Sequence record: CM051313.1
Length of the DNA stretch: 32,000 bases
Reading direction: 5' to 3' (one strand)
A program made the position numbers and the translations under genes. The notes under the pieces were generated by a model. The model had not been told where the DNA came from. It saw only the letters and a list, made by a program, of their open reading frames with translations, and made no database searches. Shown here in pieces: positions 1 through 9,800 of this stretch (position 1 is the first letter of the stretch; the number at the start of each line of letters is the position of its first letter).

Positions 1-34
1 GAGCAGAACGAATTAATTGTTGAATTGTAGGCAT
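1..34 (-). CDS. rps12: Ribosomal protein S12, 5' end only (gene continues off the left edge)
   Basis: The reverse complement of 1..34 reads ATG CCT ACA ATT CAA CAA TTA ATT CGT TCT GCT = MPTIQQLIRSA, the canonical S12 N-terminus. It is on the same strand as psaJ and atpI upstream. Confidence 0.75.
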   Translation of the reverse strand, partial: MPTIQQLIRSA

Positions 35-289
35 AAAAGCAAATTTTTGATAGATTTTTTAATGTAAGCTATGGCTTACTATTATCCTTCTTTAAAAAGC
101 CTTTAACAGCCTCTTAAAAGGTAAGGTTAGAATCTACCACTAAAATCATAAAAAGTCTACTATAATTTATAATTAAAGAGAATATTTGTTAAATTAGCTA
201 ACAAAAATTTATAGTAGTATACTAATAAAAATGATTCCACATCATGTATAGTTTGAAATAGCTTATTTCACCGTGAGGGTAAATAAATG

Positions 290-317
290 TGACTGACACA
301 CTCCAGTGTGTCAGTCA
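290..317 (-). terminator. 3' stem-loop downstream of psaJ (12-bp stem tgactgacacac / gtgtgtcagtca, 4-nt loop)
   Basis: Perfect inverted repeat read directly, 28 nt past the psaJ stop on the minus strand. Chloroplast 3' inverted repeats act as processing and stability elements rather than true terminators. Confidence 0.6.
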
Positions 318-344
318 TAATTATCAGGTTATCCACAATTTTAA

Positions 345-470
345 TTAAAATGAAAATACAAGTGGATCAGGGAAATAACGGTTAATTTCAATTAATAAAC
401 CTGCTGTAAAAGTAAACCAAATAGTAGCAATTACAGGTGCTGTTGATAAATAAGTAGTAAAATCTTTCAT
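345..470 (-). CDS. psaJ: Photosystem I subunit IX (PsaJ), 41 aa
   Basis: Manual translation of the minus strand gives [44 protein letters not shown] at 470..468, TAA at 347..345. It is too short for the ORF track. Confidence 0.9.
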   Translation of the reverse strand: MKDFTTYLSTAPVIATIWFTFTAGLLIEINRYFPDPLVFSF

Positions 471-655
471 AAAGTAATTCTTAATTCTTAAAGTAACGAC
501 ATAAAATAAAAAACTAGTTCAAAGAATGCATAATTTAGTATTTTAGTAGATTTAAATATTAACTTTAACAGTTATGCGTAAAGAGTGAATTGCTTAATGC
601 ATTAAGCTTAGTTAATGTTAACTATATTATTCATTAAAGTTAATAAGATTTTAAT

Positions 656-704
656 TTAAGTTCTATATTATCAACTACTTACTAGTTGATAATATAGAAC
701 TTAA
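656..704 (-). terminator. 3' stem-loop downstream of atpI (about 21-bp arms ttaagttctatattatcaact / agttgataatatagaacttaa)
   Basis: Inverted repeat read directly, about 95 nt past the atpI stop on the minus strand. Confidence 0.6.
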
Positions 705-798
705 ATATAAAAGTTTTAATTTTTCTTAATATGTAGTTGGCAGTTATTCTAAATTAAACTAGGTAAAAGATTTCACTTCTTTTAGCTAGAAAAAAAGA

Positions 799-1515
799 TT
801 AGTGGTGATCTGCTAAAGCTTCACCAATGTAAGCACCCGCTAAAGTTGCAAAAACTAACGCTTGGATAGCACTAGTAAATACACCTAAAAGCATAATTGG
901 AATAGGAATAATTAATGGAACAAGCGCAACAAGAACGCCAACAACAAGTTCATCTGCAAGAATGTTACCAAAAAGTCGGAAGCTTAATGATAACGGTTTC
1001 GTGAAGTCCTCTAATACGTTAATAGGTAATAAGAACGCCGCTGGTTCTACATAGCGACTAAAGTAACCTAAACCTTTTTTGCTAATACCGGCATAGAAGT
1101 ATGAAATTGATGTTAAAAGTGCTAGTGCTACAGTTGTATTAATATCGTTTGTTGGAGCTGCTAATTCACCGTTTGGAATTTCAATTAAACGGTATGGTAA
1201 TAAGGCACCTGACCAGTTAGAAACGAAAATAAATAAGAAAATAGTACCTAAAAATGGTACCCATTTTAAATAATCTTCTTCACCAATTTGTGTTTTTGCT
1301 AAATCACGAATAAATTCTGTTACAAGTTCTGTAAAGTTTTGGAAACCATCAGGAGTTGATTTTAAATTGCTATTTCCTAAAAAGCTTAAAACTGCAAGAA
1401 TACCTAAAACAACCCAAGAAGTAATTAGTACTTGACCGTGTAATTCATAACCACCTAATTCCCAGTAATAGTGCTGACCTACAGATACTTCAGCAATTTC
1501 TAATAAAGGATTCAT
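799..1515 (-). CDS. atpI: ATP synthase CF0 subunit a (subunit IV)
   Basis: The 238-aa ORF carries the typical AtpI sequence (...[11 protein letters not shown]..., ...[16 protein letters not shown]...). Confidence 0.97.
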   Translation of the reverse strand: MNPLLEIAEVSVGQHYYWELGGYELHGQVLITSWVVLGILAVLSFLGNSNLKSTPDGFQNFTELVTEFIRDLAKTQIGEEDYLKWVPFLGTIFLFIFVSNWSGALLPYRLIEIPNGELAAPTNDINTTVALALLTSISYFYAGISKKGLGYFSRYVEPAAFLLPINVLEDFTKPLSLSFRLFGNILADELVVGVLVALVPLIIPIPIMLLGVFTSAIQALVFATLAGAYIGEALADHH

Positions 1516-2219
1516 AAAAATGTAATAAAATTCTTACCAATTATTGGAAAGATATTAATATTTTTAATAATAACCACTATAAATAATGACCAGTTATTAT
1601 CTATTTTTTTAAACAATTGTACTTACGTATTATATTGCTGTGCATGTGACAGAAGAATATGGTGAATACAAAGATAGTTCTCTAACTAAAAGCGATTACA
1701 GTATTAAACAGGTGAGTCCTTTAAAAAGGTGGTAAGATTATAGCATTCCCAAAAATGATGTATATTTGCAAGCAAGAACAATTCTAGCTGTAGCAGTATT
1801 AGGAACTCCATATTTGAGTGTCTCTTTTTTGGATAACTTATGCTGTTTAACAGCCTCACAGTTTGCCAAGCTTTAACCGTATTAGGTATGCTTTGTATTA
1901 TTGTTAGCCCTAAGGAGGACACGTAAGTAAGGTTATGTTACAAGAAAAAATTGTAAAACATATTTGTTTAAAATCTGGTATATACAATCCTATGGATTGA
2001 TGCAAAAGTCTAAATAAACTGCTATTTTCATAACAAATATATAAAAAGATGGATTGTTGGAAAACAAACAATCTAAAACGCTATGTGGAAGCTTGATAAG
2101 GGCTTCAAATTTTTTCGAATAGGCAGTAACTTGCCACTAACATCTTTTTTACGGAGTATGTAAATCCCGTAAGTGAGTTGAGGCATAGCCAACTGCCTAA
2201 ACAAAAAATTTAAATTTGA

Positions 2220-2348
2220 TTATAGAGAAGAACCTAAACCAACATAAGATCCATAGAAGAAAACAGCTAATAAACCAATAGCTAAAGTACCAACAACAGT
2301 ACCAACAAGCCATAGAGGGATACGTCCAGTAGTTCCAGTATTAGACAT
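2220..2348 (-). CDS. psbJ: Photosystem II protein J, 42 aa
   Basis: Manual translation of the minus strand gives [45 protein letters not shown] at 2348..2346, TAA at 2222..2220. Confidence 0.92.
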
Positions 2349-2459
2349 AAATATAAAAATGGTTTCATTATTTATTATAAAAATTTAAACGCTCTCCAAT
2401 TGATTTACAACCTTGCAATACAAAAATGCCAAGCAGTTAAGGGCTAATTCTGTATTATC

Positions 2460-3130
2460 AGAAGGGGACAGGAGGCAAGACATTTATAGACTCAACGGAG
2501 CAAAGATCCCTTTAAAGCATATAAATATCGATTGCTATTCCCTTTCAGGTCCATAAATGTCCACTAAAATCTATTTCCTTTTAGTTTACTTGTCTAGGAC
2601 GCCAGTGGCAGTGGTACCGCCACTGCCTATTTTTGCATTCTCCGAAGGACGTTCTCTTCCCCTTTCGGGATATTTATATACTCCGAAGGAGGCAGTTGCC
2701 TGCCAACTGACTCCGAAGGAGACAGTTGCCTGCTAACTGACTTCGAAGGAGACAGTTGCCTGCCAACTGCCGATATTTATATACTCCGAAGTATATTTAT
2801 ATGCTTCCCCTTCCCCTTCGGTACGTCAGTGGCAGTTGCCTGCCAACTGCCTCCTTCGGAGTATTAAAATCCTAATATAAATATTGGGCAAGTAAACTTA
2901 GCATGTTTACATACTCCGAAGGAGGACGTCCCCTTACGGGAATATAAATATTAGTGGACGTCAGTGGCAGTTGCCTGCCAACTGCCGATATTTATATACT
3001 GCGATAAACTTTAGTTGCCCGAAGGGGTTTACATACTCCGAAGGAGGAAGCAGGCAGTGGTACCGCCCCTGCCTATTTTAATACTCCGAAGGAGGCAGTT
3101 GGCAGGCAACTGCTACTGGCGTCCTGAAGA
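2460..3130. repeat. Short dispersed repeat (SDR) cluster
   Basis: Dense mosaic of recurring GC-rich modules in both orientations: ggcagttgcctgccaactgcc, ggcagtggtaccgccactgcc, actccgaaggagg, ccccttcggg/ccccttacggg, gggacgtcc, atatttatata. The same modules recur in four other blocks of this window. Confidence 0.9.
2680..2769. repeat. Tandem 30-bp repeat, 3 copies (actccgaaggaggcagttgcctgccaactg and two variants)
   Basis: Copies at 2680-2709, 2710-2739 and 2740-2769 differ by 1-3 substitutions. Read directly. Confidence 0.9.
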
Positions 3131-3139
3131 GGATCGTAA

Positions 3140-4294
<1,155 letters not shown>

Positions 4295-4324
4295 TTATTT
4301 TTTAATATTTTAAATCCTCCTAAA

Positions 4325-4358
4325 GAACCGTACATGCGAGTTTTTTCGCATACGGCTC
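4325..4358 (-). ncRNA. Group II intron domain V
   Basis: The minus strand reads GAGCCGTATGCGAAAAAACTCGCATGTACGGTTC. This is the 34-nt domain V consensus shape, with the AGC triad, a bulge and a terminal loop. Confidence 0.9.
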
Positions 4359-4414
4359 AAGCACTCATGTGATTTTTAGCCCCAAAGGGGCATTTTCTTT
4401 TAAATACTAAAGTA

Positions 4415-4454
4415 ATATAAATTACCAATACTAATTAGTATTGGTAATTTATAT
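4415..4454 (-). terminator. 40-nt perfect palindrome just 3' of psbD (3' inverted repeat / processing element)
   Basis: atataaattaccaatactaa|ttagtattggtaatttatat is symmetric about 4434/4435 and lies 10 nt past the psbD stop. Confidence 0.6.
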
Positions 4455-4463
4455 AAAAATATA

Positions 4464-5610
<1,147 letters not shown>

Positions 5611-6004
5611 ACTTATATAAAATAAAATTAAAAATAAGCATTTTTTACACACATATTTTTAAATAAATCTTTAAACGGGTTATATATAGTTATATATATG
5701 GGACTAGAACTGCTTTGTGCATAGTCATCACAATTATTATATTATAAACCATGAATAAAGGTTTTATTATTATGATATAAAAATGCATAAAATTTTTATA
5801 AATTTTGCAAGTAAAATATATAATTAGGAAAAAATTTAAAATTTAAAATGTTAGTCAAGTTTACAACTAATACTTTTAATTTTGTATTTTAAGTATTGGA
5901 CATTTTTGTGGAATTAAATGTACCAAATATCCATTTAATTTCATATGAATCCTAAAAAAAATGTTTACTTAAAGGGTGTCAATCTGTTACAATATTGATA
6001 TACT

Positions 6005-6650
6005 ATGACGCCAGTGACAATTGCCTGGCCTATCCCCTAACGGGAATCTAAATATTGTAGTATTAAAATAGGATGTTAATACTGCGATAAACTTTAGTTG
6101 CCCAATATTTATATTAGGATGTTAATACAATAAATAAATTTGTTGGCAGGCAACAAATTTATTTATTGTATATAAATATCGGCAGTTGGCAGGCAACTGC
6201 CACTAAAATTTATTTGCCCGAAGGGGACGTCCACTAATATTTATATTCCCGTAAGGGGACGTCCCGAAGGGGAAGGGGTTTACATACAATTTATTTATTG
6301 TACCACTTATTTATTGTACCACAATAAATAAATTTGTCCTCCTTCGGAGTATGTAAACATGCTAAGTTTACTTGCCCGAAGGGGAAGGAGGGAGCAGGCA
6401 GTGGCGGTACCACTGCCACTAAAATTTATTTGCCTCGGCAGTTGGCAGGTAACTGCCACTAATATTTATATTCCCGTAAGGGGACAAATTTATTTATTGC
6501 ATTAAAATCCCTAAGTTTACTTGCCCGTAAGAGGAAGGGGACGTCCTAGTATATAAACATCCCGTAAGGGGAAGGGGACGTCCTAGGCAAATGAATTTTA
6601 GTGGCAAGAGTATTTATTTTTTTGAAAGGGAAGTATATAAATATACTTCG
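6005..6650. repeat. Short dispersed repeat (SDR) cluster
   Basis: Same module set as 2460..3130 (for example ggcagttggcaggcaactgcc at 6181..6201 and ggcagtggcggtaccactgcc at 6397..6417). It also has a 20-bp-arm palindrome at 6126..6170. Confidence 0.9.
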
Positions 6651-6898
6651 GCATTACACAAAATCTAGCAGTTATTTTATTGTTCTCTGTTACAGAATTT
6701 TAGTTGTTTAACATATGTTAAATTTAACATGTTAACTATATAAAAACATTTTTGTGTTGGATTTGATTACAAATTAACTTAAATAACTTTATAGTTTTAA
6801 TTATATCTCTAAATTGCAAATTGGAGATTTAGTAAAAAATAAATTTATTTAGATATACCATAATGTTTTTAACCATATAAAAAAGATTTAATCAAAAC

Positions 6899-9800
6899 AT
6901 GACTTTTTTAAATCATTATACTTACTTATTCTCAATACCCGAAAAACAAGCAGACAAAGTATCGGGAATACTGCGATTAGCGCAAGCAAGACCTATTGAA
7001 ACATTACAAAATGAACGCATTAATAAGCAATTAAATGCATTTTTAAAAACATATAAGTTTGAAAAACTTATAACAAATTATAAAAAAATGCAAAGTTTTA
7101 TCCCTAACAATTCTTTGAATGGAAACAAAACCAATTCTTCAACAAATAAACTTTATGCCACTTCTTTAAACGTCTTTCCTGAAAATCCACCATTGATGGT
7201 TAGGAAAGCCGTGTCTGATGAAGCGGACAAGTTTTCAAAATTTACTTATTCAAAGGTGCAAGTTGTAACAAATAATTTAAACAATGGAATGAATTCAAAA
7301 GAGTTTATTAAAGCAAATAACCTAAAACCTAGCTTACGTGCAGCTGAATCATTAGTACTAAACCATTTAACTTATAATAAATTTAAAGAAAATTTATACT
7401 TTAAAACTAATAACATACAGCCTACAAAATCTAAAAGTACATCCTTGTTTTTTCTAAACATCTTAAGTAATTCTAAACCTAGAACGTGTAGTGACTTTTT
7501 ATCTTCACCAAAAATACGTAAAACATGGTTTAGAAATACTGCATGGAGTTTACAAACTCAACAGCACAGGTCAAGTAACGGCATAAACTTATCTCTACAA
7601 TTACCTTATGCTCTAGGACCCTCTGTACCTGCTGGTGCTAGTGGTCAAAATATGTATGAACTCCCAGTAGCACAATCGAGTTCACGTTTTGGTACGTATT
7701 ATTTTTTACAAAAACTTTTATCTAAATATTTAGATGTATGGAATGCATCTGCAGACAACGGAAGTGTGTTGAGTAATTCAGAAAACATCAAATTAAATTT
7801 TAGTATGGTATCTTTATTAGATTCAAAAATGGCTATTCAAACACCTAACTCTTTATATTTTGTTTTTACTCAATTAAACCAAAAAACTTTTTTAAGTTAT
7901 TGGCTTTTACCAGTAGCTGGGTTAGCCCTTCTTACACCAACTTTATTAACACTAACTGGCCAATCGGTTTCAGTACAAAAATTTAATAGTTTTATTAATA
8001 AAAAAACAGATATGATGGTATTGTCCAATACAGAAATGCCTTCTAAAAGTTTTGGGACGCCAACTCTTTTCGGGACGTCAGTTGAAATTTATTTACCTAA
8101 TAGTTATATGCCCAAAGGGGAAGGGGAGAGTGGTATAAATAGAGTAAACTCAAGTATAAATGCAGTTAAAAAAAATACTGTTACTGCGAATCTAGTACTA
8201 GATTCTGAAAGTCAGGAAGTAGCTACTTCATTTCAAAATGATTTAATCTCTATTAAATATTGTTTTAATAATTTGTATAATTATATTAGCAATAAAACCG
8301 CACTTTCTACAAAAAATTTATTTTTATTTTCTGCAATAAAAAGTAATGCCACTAAACATAAAAGTACTCAAAGTTTTTTCTCAGTTGAAAATACTACAAC
8401 TTTAGGTAATAATTCTAATTTTGTAAAAGGACATTTGAAATCAAGCATTAATGCATTTAGCTCATATTTACCAAGTACTAATGTACATTCTATGATTCCA
8501 TTAACCTCATTACCTTATTTAAAGGCTATTAGTCCACTTTATTCCAAATTTATGATAGATCATAGTTTAAAGTTTATTACACCAAAAACAACACTTAAAT
8601 TATTACAACACAAACTTAACAAATCCCCAAAGCAAATGTATACTAAAACCCAAAATTTCACTGGTTTAAGAGATTTACGTGCATTAAACTCCTTCTCGTT
8701 TGGGCAAGTAAACTTCAGAACAAACCATTTTTTACATAGTAACAGTCGTCCTTTAAATCACTATAACCAAGCATTAAAATTAATTAATGGTTATGAACAA
8801 TATAAAAATAATTTACAAATAAATTGCAATAAAACTTTAGATTTGAATACAAAAAATAAATTGGTATATCAAGTAAATAAATCACATTTATTTAACCAAA
8901 AATGTTCTCAAATTGTTTATAAGCAATCATTATATAATCGAGACTTATGCACAATTCGTGGTACAGGAACTAAAGTTGTAGACTACTTTAGTCATGGAGA
9001 CAAATTATCTAATAAAAATGGAATCGTATTAGATTATTTTGTATACTCAAATTTATTGTTTGATAATAAAACAAACACTATTATTAATAAAGATGGTAAA
9101 CAAAACATTACTAAATTGAAATTAAATTTAACTAAAACAACGGTACCCTTTAAAACACTGATAAAAAAATATACATCAATTAATTCATTGGTAGCTAATG
9201 AACAAACACGAAATAACCTAAATCTAGGATTAATTCATTTCAATGGTCATTTATCAGTAGTTTCAAATGCTAACTTGCTAACAGGACGTCCAGTAAAATT
9301 TATTTACTACAAGTTCGATAAAAGATTAAATTCTTATTTAATCTATGTTAATCAAAATTTAAAAAAATTTATTCAACTAAATAATAATTTCTTAAAACCA
9401 AAACCGCTTTCCCATCAAAAAAATAAACCAGTAGAAGATTTTAATCAATATGCAACTAATAATTCCTCTCCACCAAAAACAAATGTTTTCGAAAAAAGCT
9501 TTGTAGAAGATTCAAGCCTACGCAAACCTTTAACTTCACTTCGAGGTTCCAAACAATTTTTAAATTCACTTACAATTTTATTTAAACATCAAAAAATGTT
9601 TAAAAAGAAAACATTAAAAGCACATAAATGGCACTCAGATACTCAAGGTATATTTAGAAAACACACTAACAGCTCTTTTGGGTCAGCAAACTTTAGCAAT
9701 GGACCCGAAGAAAGCAGTTTAAGCACACGATTACATATACAAAAAAAACGTAAAGCTAAAAAACAACGACTAGAAACACGACGCCAAAAAAAACGTACAC

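Noticed and set aside
1704-1922. 72-aa intergenic ORF between atpI and psbJ. The same applies to 3813..4037 (inside the psaA intron 2 fragment) and 20137..20340 (between psaC and petL).
   Set aside because: I recognise no similarity to anything, no SD-like or leader features, and their composition is unlike that of the bona fide small plastid proteins found here. They are most likely chance ORFs.
2460-3130. The SDR clusters (also 6005..6650, 21250..22010, 24125..24842, 31665..31920) looked as if they might be CRISPR arrays.
   Set aside because: They lack a constant-length repeat alternating with unique spacers. The modules occur in both orientations, in shuffled order and with variable spacing. 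The context is plastid DNA with no cas genes.
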